Assembly: GCF_001194135.2 (NCBI RefSeq) | Contig: NC_068988.1 | Coordinates: 90,421,980-90,485,979 of the forward strand | Reading direction: 5' to 3' | Length of the DNA: 64,000 nt | Source of the DNA: Octopus bimaculoides | Taxonomy: Eukaryota | Notes under the pieces: generated by a model | Database searches by the model: none | What the model saw: the letters and a program-made list of their open reading frames with translations, nothing else | Told to the model about the DNA's origin: nothing | In this document: positions 12,441 through 27,559 of the stretch, one piece after another | Position numbering within the stretch: position 1 is the stretch's first letter | Layout of the letters: the number at the start of each line of letters is the position of its first letter | Translations under genes and position numbers: made by a program

Positions 12441-15400
12441 TTAGATAGAAAAATACTAAACGTTAATATTAAAATACTCCAAAAATTCGTTTGAAAAATG
12501 TAAGATTAATCATGGAAACCATACTCATATCGCAATGCAATATTAAAATAAACACGCAAACACAACACATCAAAAGCTTAACGCGTGGCTACTGGAATGA
12601 AAATGCAACGGTCATAAATTTGACTACAACAAACAAATCAACATATCACAGCAGACATTGAAGTTTAACTGTTAAAGATTTTTGGTGGGAAAGTCTACAT
12701 GAATTCTGGTATATAACTGGTGTACAAGAAACACAACAGACACCAAACAAATTCAGTTCTTGAAAATGAGACTATAAAGCTATGAAAGCGTTGTATATGT
12801 GTTTAGAAATTGCATTGTTCAAAATGAACTCTAAATAAATCTAATAAAATATATGAAAAATCTAAATTAAAAATATAATTTGAACACCGTTGTGTATTAA
12901 TGAAACATATATGTTTGTGCATGTATATATACATGCTTGTATGTATCTGTGTGTATGTATGTATGCATGTATGTATGTATGTATGTATGTATCTATGTAT
13001 GTATGTATGCGTGTATATAGTGCCATACCGTCTTCTATTATATATATGATTATATTTTGCAATTTGAGACCGCTGAATGTGATTTGTAAAAGTTTTGGCT
13101 GATATTTCCACAACAGAGGGATTACGTGCCAAATGCCTCTTCAACATAATTGCACAGTAGTTTCTCTCCACTTTCACTTCCTCCATCTTCTTCATCCCCG
13201 CTCCGTCTTACACTTTCTGTTTCATATCTTGCACACTTATCAATTCGCAATACTTTGTCATTAATGTTTCCCTTACCATATCCACATAGAAGACACTCAG
13301 ATTCCTCTTACTACATTTTAATCTCCACATTTTCATTTGTTAGCTTTCCTTGCTCTATTTTACTATATCTATTCACTTATCATGTTTCTATAAATATATT
13401 TCTACCTACAATTTAATTTTTTTACATTTTATATAACATATCTATTTAAATTGTCTTCAATTTGTCGGTCTTCACACTTGATTTCACTTGTCATAGTTAC
13501 TAATAAACCAGCAATCATATTAATCGAGTCTCTAAAGTTTTGCCTGTCATACTGCAATAAACAATAGATTCCAGAAGGTCAATCGGTTCTTTATGTCCAT
13601 GACCCACAGCTATTTAATGAAAATGTTTGAAAGTAAAAACCATCCAACCAATGATCACGACTCACTGATATATACACACGCCTTATAAGCGCTTGTTTTT
13701 CTTTTTGAGTGTTTTCAAAATTGTCCCAAGCAACACGCAGGGGCCACTCATAGGCAAAAGGGTGTGAGAAAGGAGAAGTATTATTAATGTCACAAAATCT
13801 GTATACACACATGAATATTTAATTCAGCAAATAAAAGATGCCAATATAATCAATAAATGTTTTAAACAAAATACAAAGAGATGATAATAAAAGACCCGAT
13901 AAAAAGAACTGTCGGTAATAAAATAGGGAGAATTAGATGACAATAGAGGAGCTAATACAACGAAATAAAATGAGATAGTAATAAAAATAACCGATAAAAA
14001 TATTAAAAAGAAAGGAACTGTCTGCATTAAGCAAAGCATTTGTTAACCTTGAATTTAAAAAGACCAAGGTCATATTCTATAAGAAATCGATGAGGGTTCA
14101 CTTTATTTCACAAATCAATTTCATAGTAAAAAGTGTTTCATGTATGAAACTGACGGTGTGTCCGTGTGATACATAGAAAGCGCTGATGTGATTCACTAAA
14201 TTTGGCAAACGAATTTCTGATAAGCAATTATCGACCTCACGGGAGCAGAGAATGAAGTTTCTCTGAATGTCTTAATGGTACTTTCAGTAGAAAATGGTCA
14301 GATATATTAAATTCCATCGATAGACACGTTGAAATGACAAACAGAGCTGGTTATCAAATAGGCTACGCAGTTGATTCTGCATTATGTAAGAAATGGACAG
14401 TATATGTCTAGATAGAAGTCTTCATCCAAAAATGTGATCAAACTTTCGAGTGTTTGTGGAGATATAATAAAGCTTCATGTCTTATGAACTTATTTGAACA
14501 TCAGAATGAACCCAACAGCCAAATCGCTACCATGATAGCAGGCGTAATTGTGGAGTTTCCTCTCAAACCAGGTATGAATTCTAGGCCCAAGAATATATCC
14601 AAAGAAGTGCTTCACAAAGCAGTCCGATTCATTAAAATGTACAGAGGAAATTAATTTTACAATGGTGGTTTGTCCTAGAAGCATTAAATATAATAAAATA
14701 TAAGTTTTTCTATTATACGATCCCAATTAGATCAATGCAATTTTCTGCTAGGTTCACGTTGTGACATTCTTAAAGTAATACAGTAAATAGGGCTATTATT
14801 ATTCTTTGAAGAATTTTATTTCTCTGTCAAGCAAATAGTTTGCAAAGACGAAAGCCCAGCATTGATTTTATAGATATAAGAGCACTGACTGTTGACAGCA
14901 ATATTCAAACTTCTAGTTAGTTATGGTCGCTGAGAAAGACTCTATCATATATATCAATGTCATTAAGTTTATGAAGCAATCTTGTTTTCCATACTTTGTG
15001 AAATATTTGGAGATGTCTAAAACGTTTATCATGTATCATTCATCCAAAACGATCTTTAAATGTAAAACTATAGCACAAAACGTACACATAGTTCTGCAAA
15101 TTAAAGACACTACTCCCAATCCATGCTGTTTGAACATCCTTCAAAACCACATCAATTCACAGAAGTATATTACTTGTCTTGCCATATAACATTATGCTTC
15201 TACTTTGATGCATATGGAGTCATATATCCTTGCAAATTTCATGCTATTGTGGCAAATCCATAGAGCGTTCATGAAGCAACGATAATACAACGCTAGGTAT
15301 CTCATTACATATAAGCCAGCTGGAATCCGGGACCAGAATTTTAAAGAATTAAGTTCACATCATTCAGTCATCTCGAGATTGGCAGTGCTTCTAGAGCCCG

Positions 15401-16516
15401 AAATGGCTTCGATGTTATGTCAACAATCATATGTTCAAAACCCGATGAAAAGGATATAAATTACGATTCCCAAAACTCAAATTTTTATTTCTTTTCATAA
15501 AATCCTTTGACACTTCAAAGACATCCCAGGACAATCTGAAGATTACCTGCCTATGCCTAGGCAATATGCAGGTAAATACATGTCTAGGAAGACTGTATTT
15601 TTGATTAGGTTTTACCGGAAATGATTGTTTATGCTCTTATAACCTTTAAGTAGACACTTTCCCCCAGATTGTAAAGTTCGTTTTATAGGTTAGTTCTCTC
15701 ACACCACATATATGGCAGGGAGGTAATAACCACTGGCTTCTCAGCCATGTGATCCTTGATATTCCCCCGCGCAATAATATCCATGTTTGTCGTTATGATA
15801 TGGTCATGAACTCTGGTGAATGACTTTATCTCATGTTCACATATTTTTTCGCAACAGTTTGGGATAAATCCACGAGAAAATGCCGTAAAATTACACCTAA
15901 CTAGTCCCTGCAACCCCACACATTACTTTATATATACATGCATATTTATTTTGTCTATGCATTTTAGTCAATGAGATTGTATCTCATTTATCTATTTTCC
16001 ATGAATGTGCAAGGCTATCTGGATATCATATTACGGTAGAGTTCATATTCCGACACGTTAAGTGCGGTTATAAATGATTCTAATTATGTGTGGTGTGCGT
16101 TTATGTATGTGACTGTATGTACGTGCGTGCGTGTATAAGTGAGAGTATGCCAAAGCAAATGATAGTAAGAGATCAGGTATGAATATATATACATATACAT
16201 GCCCATATGTTTATAAGCACATGTAGGCACATAATAAAAGTATGCGTCAACAGAATTGTTTTATAAATGTAGATATATGTGTGGGGGGGATAGGTGAATG
16301 TATGCACGATAAGGTGTGTTTATGTGTGCGCGTGTGTGTGTGTATATTGTAAGAGAGAGAGAGATTGTGTGTTAGAAAGTAGGTACAGGTATGTACAAAG
16401 ATATACATAGTATGTTTTCGTAAATATATGGATACATTTGTATATAATTTCTTCTATTTCTTAATGAGTTCACAAACAACATTGAAAAAGTTGTACTTGC
16501 ATCTCGTGTGTGTACA

Positions 16517-16551
<35 letters not shown>

Positions 16552-17244
16552 CGTGTGTGTGTGTGTTTGTGCGTGTGTGCACAGAGGAGGGAAAAGAGAA
16601 AGCGATATTGTATGGGTCATTGAACTGCTAAAACCTATGTGTTACGTCAGCCGTTGCTAGATAACCTCTACACTGCTATGATTATTAACCGTTCAGAAGA
16701 AAAAAACAGCGACTATAGCTTCAGCGAAATGAACAACTAAAAGAACATCAAACGCAAGCAACAGCAACAAAACTGGCGAAGAGAACAACAACAATTTTAG
16801 TGGCAACTATGATAAATGATGGTGCGGCAGAGAGCTCTTTAGTCATTAGAAAGCACATAAGGTGATCACAATCAATGCGAATCAGCATGATTACTTTCTT
16901 TCATTTGACTGTTTCACCTCTTCCGACCACCTTTTTCTCATCCACCATCACCATCTTGTTATTTTCTGATGTTGTAGCTGACGTAGTGATTGATTCGCTC
17001 AGCATGTGTACACGCATGTTTGTGGACATTTGTGTGTATGCCTATGTATGTGTGTGTTAGTATATGTGTACTTGTGTTTATTACTGAATGTGTATTGGTG
17101 TATGTTCTTTAGGCGTGGAGATTTATATACTTTTGCCGCGTTTCTACACTTTTATGTAACTGTGTGTCGATGCATATATGTAAGCATGTATTTGCGTGCC
17201 ACCTCATTTTCAATTGTGTGTATGCATTATCATACATACATACA

Positions 17245-17275
<31 letters not shown>

Positions 17276-17384
17276 TTGCGTGTGTGTGTGTGTGTATGTA
17301 TATATGTGCAGACAGGCAGACAAAGATATGAATGTATGTATACACATATGTTTATATTATATATATGCATGTATATATGATTGC

Positions 17385-17660
17385 TACCTAGCTCAGATAC
17401 CAGGAAACCCCAAAATGGCGTTAATTCAAAAGATAGTTCTCATAAGAACTACTCATGTCCTACGTAAAATACTGTCTATGTAATCTCAAATTGTGAAACG
17501 TTTTTATTTTATTTTTTTTCTTAAACATTCTCTAGATCAATACTATATGCAAAACCAAAGATATAACACCCTGGGCACCAACATGAACTTCTAATATGTC
17601 TCTACGGGTCTCAGGGTGAAACTTGGAATGAACTTGTACAAATACAATGCCGAAGTCAAA
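17385..17660 (+). mobile_element. R4/Dong-like LINE 3' end (second family) with 3' UTR
   Basis: LAQIPGNPKMALIQKIVLIRTTHVLRKILSM*, then about 180 nt UTR, then (CAA)/(TAA)n tail. Confidence 0.75.
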
Positions 17661-18075
<415 letters not shown>

Positions 18076-18698
18076 GATAATAATAACAATAACACGTGTA
18101 CACGTAGGTGTATGTAGCTCAACGCACCTAGTATTACTGCTGGCATCACTGGTACTACTACCATTTATACCATCAGAGGTCGTAGTACAATGATCGATGA
18201 CTACCATAACAATCAGTTCTAATACTGCCTCCACAGCCACCACCACTACAACAGTAACCATCAATACCTCCACCAATACATCCGGTACCATCACAACCCT
18301 TACCAATACTTCCGGTACCATTACAACCTCAGCAATACTTCCGTTAGTATCACTACAAACACCACCATCATCACAGTTACAATTATCAATATTACCACAG
18401 TTACAAACATCGGCATCCCCACCGCCACTAGCCACTACCGTAGGATATGCAAATTTTGCTACTAAAATGTAAGCTAGAGACAATGAGCTGTCTTTAGAAT
18501 TGTTTTCCTTTGAAGTTAACCGAAATATCAATCGTATCGATCACGTGGTCTGGTTAATCTGGAAAGATGAAAGACGATGGCTGACATCACCAGCCCCATC
18601 ATACGTTTACCAACCCTGATCTCATATCGCTACCATGATCACCTCCATCGCTTTCAGCTCTCTCTCACCACTGTACCCCCTAATACCTCCATTACCAT

Positions 18699-18739
<41 letters not shown>

Positions 18740-18826
18740 TCATCATCGCCATCGACAACACTAGCTCGTAAACTCTAGTCTTCAGCAAACGTTATCAGTG
18801 ACGCCACCACCATTAGAGTCATTACA

Positions 18827-18969
18827 TTTACTACCACCACCACTATCACCACCGCTACCACCACCACTATCACCACCGCTACCACCACCACTATCACCAG
18901 CGCTACCACCACCACTATCACCACCGCTACCACCACCACTATCACCACCGCTACCACCACCGCTACCAC
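18827..18969. repeat. 24-bp minisatellite (ACCACCACCACTATCACCACCGCT)n running into a gap
   Basis: About 5-6 near-perfect units. Confidence 0.9.
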
Positions 18970-19677
18970 NNNNNNNNNNNNNNNNNNNNNNNNNNNNNNN
19001 NNNNNNNNNNNNNNNNNNNNNNNNNNNNNNNNNNNNNNNNNNNNNNNNNNNNNNNNNNNNNNNNNNNNNNNNNNNNNNNNNNNNNNNNNNNNNNNNNNNN
19101 NNNNNNNNNNNNNNNNNNNNNNNNNNNNNNNNNNNNNNNNNNNNNNNNNNNNNNNNNNNNNNNNNNNNNNNNNNNNNNNNNNNNNNNNNNNNNNNNNNNN
19201 NNNNNNNNNNNNNNNNNNNNNNNNNNNNNNNNNNNNNNNNNNNNNNNNNNNNNNNNNNNNNNNNNNNNNNNNNNNNNNNNNNNNNNNNNNNNNNNNNNNN
19301 NNNNNNNNNNNNNNNNNNNNNNNNNNNNNNNNNNNNNNNNNNNNNNNNNNNNNNNNNNNNNNNNNNNNNNNNNNNNNNNNNNNNNNNNNNNNNNNNNNNN
19401 NNNNNNNNNNNNNNNNNNNNNNNNNNNNNNNNNNNNNNNNNNNNNNNNNNNNNNNNNNNNNNNNNNNNNNNNNNNNNNNNNNNNNNNNNNNNNNNNNNNN
19501 NNNNNNNNNNNNNNNNNNNNNNNNNNNNNNNNNNNNNNNNNNNNNNNNNNNNNNNNNNNNNNNNNNNNNNNNNNNNNNNNNNNNNNNNNNNNNNNNNNNN
19601 NNNNNNNNNNNNNNNNNNNNNNNNNNNNNNNNNNNNNNNNNNNNNNNNNNNNNNNNNNNNNNNNNNNNNNNNNNNNN

Positions 19678-19714
<37 letters not shown>

Positions 19715-19717
<3 letters not shown>

Positions 19718-19758
19718 TCATCATCATCATCATCGTTTAACGTCCGCTTTCCATGCTA
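19715..19758 (-). mobile_element. Short retroposon 3' tail with (GAT)n end, possibly RTE-related
   Basis: (CAT)n followed by CGTTTAACGTCCGCTTTCCATGCT on the + strand. Confidence 0.3.
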
Positions 19759-19881
19759 TCGTAGCTATCTGCGAAAAACGAAATTACTTTCTTGCCAATC
19801 CAATACGTATATGCAAACACACGCACGCACACACACACACGCACACACACGCACACACACGCACACACACGCGCAGACACA

Positions 19882-20003
19882 CGGGCTTCTTTCGGTTTTA
19901 GTCTACCAAATCCACTCACTAGGCTTTGGTAGACGTGAGGCTTGCCCAAGCTGTCAGGTAATCATGTGGTTGGGAAGCAAGCTTGCTACCACACAGCTAT
20001 ACC
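19882..20003 (-). mobile_element. SINE family A head, internally deleted
   Basis: Reverse complement of GGTAGCAAGCTTGCTTCCCAACCACATG...TTGGGCAAG...GTGGATTTGGTAGAC. Confidence 0.75.
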
Positions 20004-20546
20004 TTTTGTCTACTTACCCTTCATAGATTTCGTTCAACACGTAATTTACCCAGATAAGTGACAGTTTGTAATTTCCTAAATCTTCAAACATTTTAACTGC
20101 TTTCATCTTAGTAACATACTGATTCGATCTTGAGCAATAGCTCCATTATTTCTTTCAGTTACTTACATTTAAATTTATCGTTCTCTTTACACTATGATTA
20201 CCAATTCTAACAGCTACTTGTCTTTAAAACCCGTTTTAAGCATATTAAAGTAACGTAATATATTTTCCACGCGTTATACATGTAATATGGCAGCCTACTA
20301 TCTATATCTCGACTTTCTAATTCAAACTCTCATCAACATTTGGCCTTCACTTCGTCCAAGCTACCTTCATTCTGTTTAATATCTATTGATAATTTCGGGT
20401 CATTTCATTTCATTTCAACACTTCGAATATTTTTCTTTGCATATATATNNNNNNNNNNNNNNNNNNNNNNNNNNNNNNNNNNNNNNNNNNNNNNNNNNNN
20501 NNNNNNNNNNNNNNNNNNNNNNNNNNNNNNNNNNNNNNNNNNNNNN

Positions 20547-20582
<36 letters not shown>

Positions 20583-20777
20583 ATACAAAGAATATATATG
20601 CATGTATACACACATATATGTACATACTTACATCTACATATGTATATAGATGCATATCAGGGTACAGAACGTTAGAAAAATGAACTATAAACAACGGAAC
20701 GAACACATAGGGAAACAGATAGCCACTTGGAATTATTCCTTCATCAGCTGCCTCTATTCTAACTAAGAGTTAGGCGT

Positions 20778-20930
20778 CTTTCCGTTTCCGTCAACCAAAT
20801 CCAATCACAATTCATTCGTAGGCCCGGCAATATACTAGAAGACACTTGCCCAGGTTGCCATGTTTTGAGACTTCGCTCGGAATCGTGTGGTTGAGACTCA
20901 AGCTTCTTATCTTTCAGCTATGCTTGTGCC
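20778..20930 (-). mobile_element. Degraded SINE family A head
   Basis: TAGAAGACACTTGCCCA on + matches the CORE-like box. Confidence 0.7.
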
Positions 20931-21615
20931 TTTTATATAATGATATTAATGTTTATATGAAGATATTAAGTTTCATCCTTTCGATTTTCTTTCGTTTCTA
21001 AAAATCCTTTGCATTCTACATTCACATTTTCTGCATGCTAAAATAAGATATAACTTGTAAGAATTTTACTTCTGCTTCCAATTGTATCCAGTATTTAATT
21101 TAATCTGATATAATTACTAAACGCCATACATAGCTCTCATATACCGAAAGCCATTACCAACTCTCTTTTCTTTTTCAGCAATTGCATCTCTCTCTCCCTC
21201 TCTCACCCCTATCTATCTATTTATCTATCTCTATCTGTAGAAATATTATACCATTTCCATTAATTACATTCCTTTGTAACAGTCATCTATTCTGTTTTTT
21301 GTTTTTTGTTTTCTTTTTAACTTCATTTGCCTTTTACTTGCATCCTTTTAGCGTAGTATGTTAAGATTTAACCTTCCTGCCTATTGACGTGATCAACATA
21401 TAACGAATAGTAAGAGGATCAGAGAGTTAGGAAAAGGGGAATAATTGCCTTAATTAAGACAGCAGAAAATTTATCGAATGACTGCTACAGGTATGAGAAA
21501 GTAACTTTTAAAATTCTTTAAAAGCTATGGAAGTGAGTGAAAACAGTGAAGTAAAGAAAAATTAATGAATATATTTTAGTATATCTATGCTTCATATGGA
21601 CACACAAGCGGTTAA

Positions 21616-21656
<41 letters not shown>

Positions 21657-22129
21657 AGCTGCTACAGTTACTACACTCTCGTTTCTCCTGCTTACTAGTA
21701 AGAAAATTGAGATTTTTTTTAATTGGTTAATGACAGCTGAACATATCTTTTAGTAATTACATAACATCATAAGGGAACGGATCCAAATGCTGGTAATTTC
21801 GCAGAGTACTAACAACAAGAGCAGCAACAATAACAACAAGAATATATATCTAATTATGCATTCTGCACAAAGTTGTTGCCTTTGGCTATTAATGTCACCT
21901 TCACGTACAATCTACATGCAACATGGTCACATTTCATTTGCTGTTAATTGAACACATATTACTGCTTAACGATATTCTTCTTACTTGAATGGATAGATAG
22001 ATAGATAGATAGATAGATAGACTTGTACGTACGTACATACATACATACATTCACACTTGCATATACATATATATACACATATATATGTGTGCGTGAGCGT
22101 TTATATGCGAGTGTGAATATAGTGGTTAT

Positions 22130-22171
<42 letters not shown>

Positions 22172-23289
22172 CTATCTANNNNNNNNNNNNNNNNNNNNNN
22201 NNNNNNNNNNNNNNNNNNNNNNNNNNNNNNNNNNNNNNNNNNNNNNNNNNNNNNNNNNNNNNNNNNNNNNNNNNNNNNNNNNNNNNNNNNNNNNNNNNNN
22301 NNNNNNNNNNNNNNNNNNNNNNNNNNNNNNNNNNNNNNNNNNNNNNNNNNNNNNNNNNNNNNNNNNNNNNNNNNNNNNNNNNNNNNNNNNNNNNNNNNNN
22401 NNNNNNNNNNNNNNNNNNNNNNNNNNNNNNNNNNNNNNNNNNNNNNNNNNNNNNNNNNNNNNNNNNNNNNNNNNNNNNNNNNNNNNNNNNNNNNNNNNNN
22501 NNNNNNNNNNNNNNNNNNNNNNNNNNNNNNNNNNNNNNNNNNNNNNNNNNNNNNNNNNNNNNNNNNNNNNNNNNNNNNNNNNNNNNNNNNNNNNNNNNNN
22601 NNNNNNNNNNNNNNNNNNTATATATATATATATATATGAATATACAAATGCGTAGGGAATGGATGTATGTGTGAGTGAGTATACGTGTATACATTTGTAC
22701 ATTTTACACATTATATGTATAAATCTACACATATATGCACGTTCATAAAGATGCATGTGCATTCACACAGTCATACATACATACAAAAATACACACACAT
22801 ACACGCACACACTCACACACATACATTGCTTGTATGTGCGTTTGGGGGAGAGTCAGGTGTTGATATACGGATTCGTCAGAATCGTATGATGCCTTGCTTC
22901 GGCAAAATTTCAACCACAAAGATGTTGCACCAAGAGTTCAATAAGTATATTTCACTGCAAGGAATGACTTTCACCTCCCGCGGCAAATCAACTGAATGAA
23001 CTATCTGCATTTCTAGTACACGCAAACACACACGCACACACACACACACATACACACACTCATACTCACATACACACATACACACACGCATACAAATATA
23101 TATACACGCAACCATAGATACATAGACACACACACATACATACATACATACATACATACATACATACATACATACATACATACATGCATACATACGGACA
23201 CACAGTCACGCCACCAGAAATATGTGAGTGTGCGTATGCATATATGTAGAGAGAGAGAAAGAGAGGAGAGAGTGGGAGATGTGAGCAAA

Positions 23290-23321
23290 TAACAGATAGA
23301 TAGATAGATAGATAGATAGAG

Positions 23322-23376
<55 letters not shown>

Positions 23377-23377
23377 G

Positions 23378-23428
<51 letters not shown>
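23290..23428. repeat. (GATA)n array; others at 21993-22020, 36885-36980, 46855-46905, 47392-47432, 50665-50746
   Basis: Read directly. Confidence 0.95.
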
Positions 23429-26408
23429 NNNNNNNNNNNNNNNNNNNNNNNNNNNNNNNNNNNNNNNNNNNNNNNNNNNNNNNNNNNNNNNNNNNNNNNN
23501 NNNNNNNNNNNNNNNNNNNNNNNNNNNNNNNNNNNNNNNNNNNNNNNNNNNNNNNNNNNNNNNNNNNNNNNNNNNNNNNNNNNNNNNNNNNNNNNNNNNN
23601 NNNNNNNNNNNNNNNNNNNNNNNNNNNNNNNNNNNNNNNNNNNNNNNNNNNNNNNNNNNNNNNNNNNNNNNNNNNNNNNNNNNNNNNNNNNNNNNNNNNN
23701 NNNNNNNNNNNNNNNNNNNNNNNNNNNNNNNNNNNNNNNNNNNNNNNNNNNNNNNNNNNNNNNNNNNNNNNNNNNNNNNNNNNNNNNNNNNNNNNNNNNN
23801 NNNNNNNNNNNNNNNNNNNNNNNNNNNNNNNNNNNNNNNNNNNNNNNNNNNNNNNNNNNNNNNNNNNNNNNNNNNNNNNNNNNNNTAAATCTAATAATAA
23901 AGAAACACACTAAGCTAATTAATGTATAATGTTATATGACGGTAGAAAATCTAAAGGATAGAAGAGGATGTTATGCGAGAATGAGACCGGAAGTAAAGTG
24001 AAGATAACAGCCATATTGTGTCATCAATTAATTATTGATGAACTAATTAAAATAATAAGCCAAAGGCTAATTAAAACATATCTTTAAGGAGGATCGAACA
24101 GCTATTCTAATCTGAAATTACTTCTCAGAATATTTCTCGTATTATTGTTGTTGTTAATATTCTTCGTGTTGTTGTTGTTTTTAACTTCTACCGCTTTCGT
24201 TGTTACTTCCGTTGTTGTGTGGTTGTTTTGTCGTTGTTTTAGTTGTTGATGTATAAGTTGTTTTTGTTGTTGTTGTTTTTGCTGTTGCCTTGGGCTAATA
24301 GTCTTCTTAATACACCCCTTCTGTTACTTTCTCATCTCCCACTATTGCTCACGCTGCAAATTTACCTTCATCCTCTCCTATATGCTTTTGTATACCGCTC
24401 ACCTTACATTTACTATTGTTTCTGAATTTCCTCTCAGTACTATTCTCCATCTTTTATATATATATGTATATATATACAATTCCAATTGCTTAAAACATTT
24501 CAAGATTTTCGTTTCCATGCTATTCATTCCAATATTGCTGGAATGGGAATGAAACTTATGAGATGAAAACAAAAAAAAAACAGAAAAAACAACAACAACG
24601 ACAAATAAAACAGCAATAACAACAAATATAACAACAATATACAGAGACAACAAAATAATACGAGCAGCAACGAATTACAGGTGCTGATGATGCGAAAACA
24701 ATACCACGGAATAAGTTGGAAACAAAGCACAACTCTGGAGTCTTAGAAATATTTTTTCCTGTTTTCATTGGCAGAAAGTTACTGACAGTGACACCTAAGG
24801 TGCATAATACACAAAACAATTTATATTCTATACGGCATATTAAATGCAAAATTGCTCCATATATAAAACATTCAAGCTAGTGAAACATACATGAATTATA
24901 CTGTGCTCCCACTGGCTATAATCAAAAATATATTTTACCAATGAAGTCCATCACATGCTTTAAAAAAATCTAAGACATTTGCTTCTTCTCCTGTTAGAAA
25001 CATATTGTTTTCATTCATACTTACACCATAGTATCGATTTGTCTTGAAATTATCGAGTTTATACTCCATCTAGAAGATATAGCAGTCAAATCTACAATAA
25101 ATCGTAGTCAATTGTATTAATTAGGAGCCAAATCTACTACACATCATAGTCGACTGTTATTACATATATATTATGTAGTATGATATATTAAATATTATAT
25201 GCACATGGTGTGCATATTAAATATGTATATATGTATGGATCTACAGTGCTACCGATGGTTTCTTCTGGAAATAATTCATAATTTTTCTACTTGAGAATGA
25301 TATAAAACTACGGGAGATTACACGGGTTTATACATGACTTCAAGATCTCTAGATGCACATTAGCAGGAGTGTTAATTCACAAATAAATGGTATTTATCCA
25401 CCAAACAAGTATACAGCGCTCGACATCCTACATGTGTGTGTGTATGTATACATATATATATACAAAAATAAGAGGAATGACCAGCAAAAGTGGACTCCTA
25501 TATGCTAGAAATAGATGCCGAATCATCTAACCACGAAAAAAACATATGTTCTCGGCATATCTGTATTTTTGAGGGATCCTTTTCTTGAACTTTTTCTACA
25601 TCGTGCTTCAGGTTTGCCATTCTTTGGCATTCTTCTTTGGCATTCTTTTTTGGCATTCTTCTGCCTATGATCAAACTAGACGCGCTGGAGCATGAAACAA
25701 ACTGTATAGATACTAGATAAACCAGCAGAAGACAACAGGGAAGCCGATGTGGCATATTTTCCATAACACATCGTATTTCAGATTCTTATATAAGATGGGT
25801 ATCTATGATGGCCGATACCTGACTATACGAATGTCACAAGAAGAGAGATATCACTTCTATTATAAACATTTGTTCAAACATTAGTGAATAAAATACTGTT
25901 AACTTATTCAGTATCTAAATCGAACATTTAACTGCAAGGAATACTTAACCTAACAAAAACACAGACACACACGCAAACACACACACACACACACACAAAC
26001 ATAGACACATATACATGTATATGGATACACATATATGCATTAACACTGAAGGTGACGGGACTAAGAGAGATTACCGATTGTATAATTATTTAATGAGCAT
26101 ACGAATAATTGGGCTAATTAGTGGTTTAATTACGGCGTTGCTATGATAACAATGATGAATACTTATTAGTGTTCTCCAGATATAAATTCAGAAACGCTTA
26201 AGCGGAAGCAGTTGCTATAAATATGGTTAGACAAGACGGAATTACATGGAAATTTGGATAGAATTAAAGACAAATTGGCGGGAGGTAATCCAAGAGAGAA
26301 ATAATTTGGACAGATAAGTATAGACACACACGCACACACACATACATACACATATGCATCCATATATATGCATGTGTATATACGCATATATACATATATA
26401 TGTATGTA

Positions 26409-26444
<36 letters not shown>

Positions 26445-27274
26445 NNNNNNNNNNNNNNNNNNNNNNNNNNNNNNNNNNNNNNNNNNNNNNNNNNNNNNNN
26501 NNNNNNNNNNNNNNNNNNNNNNNNNNNNNNNNNNNNNNNNNNNNNNNNNNNNNNNNNNNNNNNNNNNNNNNNNNNNNNNNNNNNNNNNNNNNNNNNNNNN
26601 NNNNNNNNNNNNNNNNNNNNNNNNNNNNNNNNNNNNNNNNNNNNNNNNNNNNNNNNNNNNNNNNNNNNNNNNNNNNNNNNNNNNNNNNNNNNNNNNNNNN
26701 NNNNNNNNNNNNNNNNNNNNNNNNNNNNNNNNNNNNNNNNNNNNNNNNNNNNNNNNNNNNNNNNNNNNNNNNNNNNNNNNNNNNNNNNNNNNNNNNNNNN
26801 NNNNNNNNNNNNNNNNNNNNNNNNNNNNNNNNNNNNNNNNNNNNNNNNNNNNNNNNNNNNNNNNNNNNNNNNNNNNNNNNNNNNNNNNNNNNNNNNNNNN
26901 NNNNNNNNNNNNNNNNNNNNNNNNNNNNNNNNNNNNNNNNNNNNNNNNNNNNNNNNNNNNNNNNNNNNNNNNNNNNNNNNNNNNNNNNNNNNNNNNNNNN
27001 NNNNNNNNNNNNNNNNNNNNNNNNNNNNNNNNNNNNNNNNNNNNNNNNNNNNNNNNNNNNNNNNNNNNNNNNNNNNNNNNNNNNNNNNNNNNNNNNNNNN
27101 NNNNNNNNNNNNNNNNNNNNNNNNNNNNNNNNNNNNNNNNNNNNNNNNNNNNNNNNNNNNNNNNNNNNNNNNNNNNNNNNNNNNNNNNNNNNNNNNNNNN
27201 NNNNNNNNNNNNNNNNNNNNNNNNNNNNNNNNNNNNNNNNNNNNNNNNNNNNNNNNNNNNNNNNNNNNNNNNNN

Positions 27275-27481
27275 GATAATGCTCTTCTCAGTACATGAGT
27301 CGTTCCAGTTAGCACGATTTTTTCACTTCCTGTAGGGATGGTAAGCCTGGTATCATTTTCAAATAGGTTTCAGTACCTTTTTTTATCATTCCTAGAGATC
27401 CTACAATCACTGGTGTGGTAGTTGCCTTGAGGTGCCACAGTTTTTCAATTTCTATTAGCAAGTCTTTATATTTACTGATCT
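27275..27481 (-). mobile_element. R4/Dong-like LINE 3' end
   Basis: KISKYKDLLIEIEKLWHLKATTTPVIVGSLGMIKKGTETYLKMIPGLPSLQEV..IVLTGTTHVLRRAL (one frameshift). Confidence 0.85.
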
Positions 27482-27482
27482 T

Positions 27483-27558
<76 letters not shown>

Positions 27559-27559
27559 C

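Noticed and set aside
13666-13798. Minus-strand 133-nt exon candidate
   Set aside because: Poor polypyrimidine tract and no recognisable peptide.
15543-15578. TTACCTGC...CCTAGG...GCAGGTAA inverted repeat
   Set aside because: Short arms, single occurrence, compatible with chance.
18100-18531. Thr/Ser-rich mucin-like ORF
   Set aside because: Degenerate CAC/TAC low-complexity DNA, open on both strands, with no splice or domain support.
24683-24700. CTGATGATGCGAAAAC hammerhead-like string
   Set aside because: Only 3 nt between the core motifs, so stem II cannot form.
25498-25764. ORF resembling a signal peptide plus GRR (neuropeptide-like)
   Set aside because: Built partly on a TTGGCATTCT tandem repeat, with no repeated peptide cassette or splice support.
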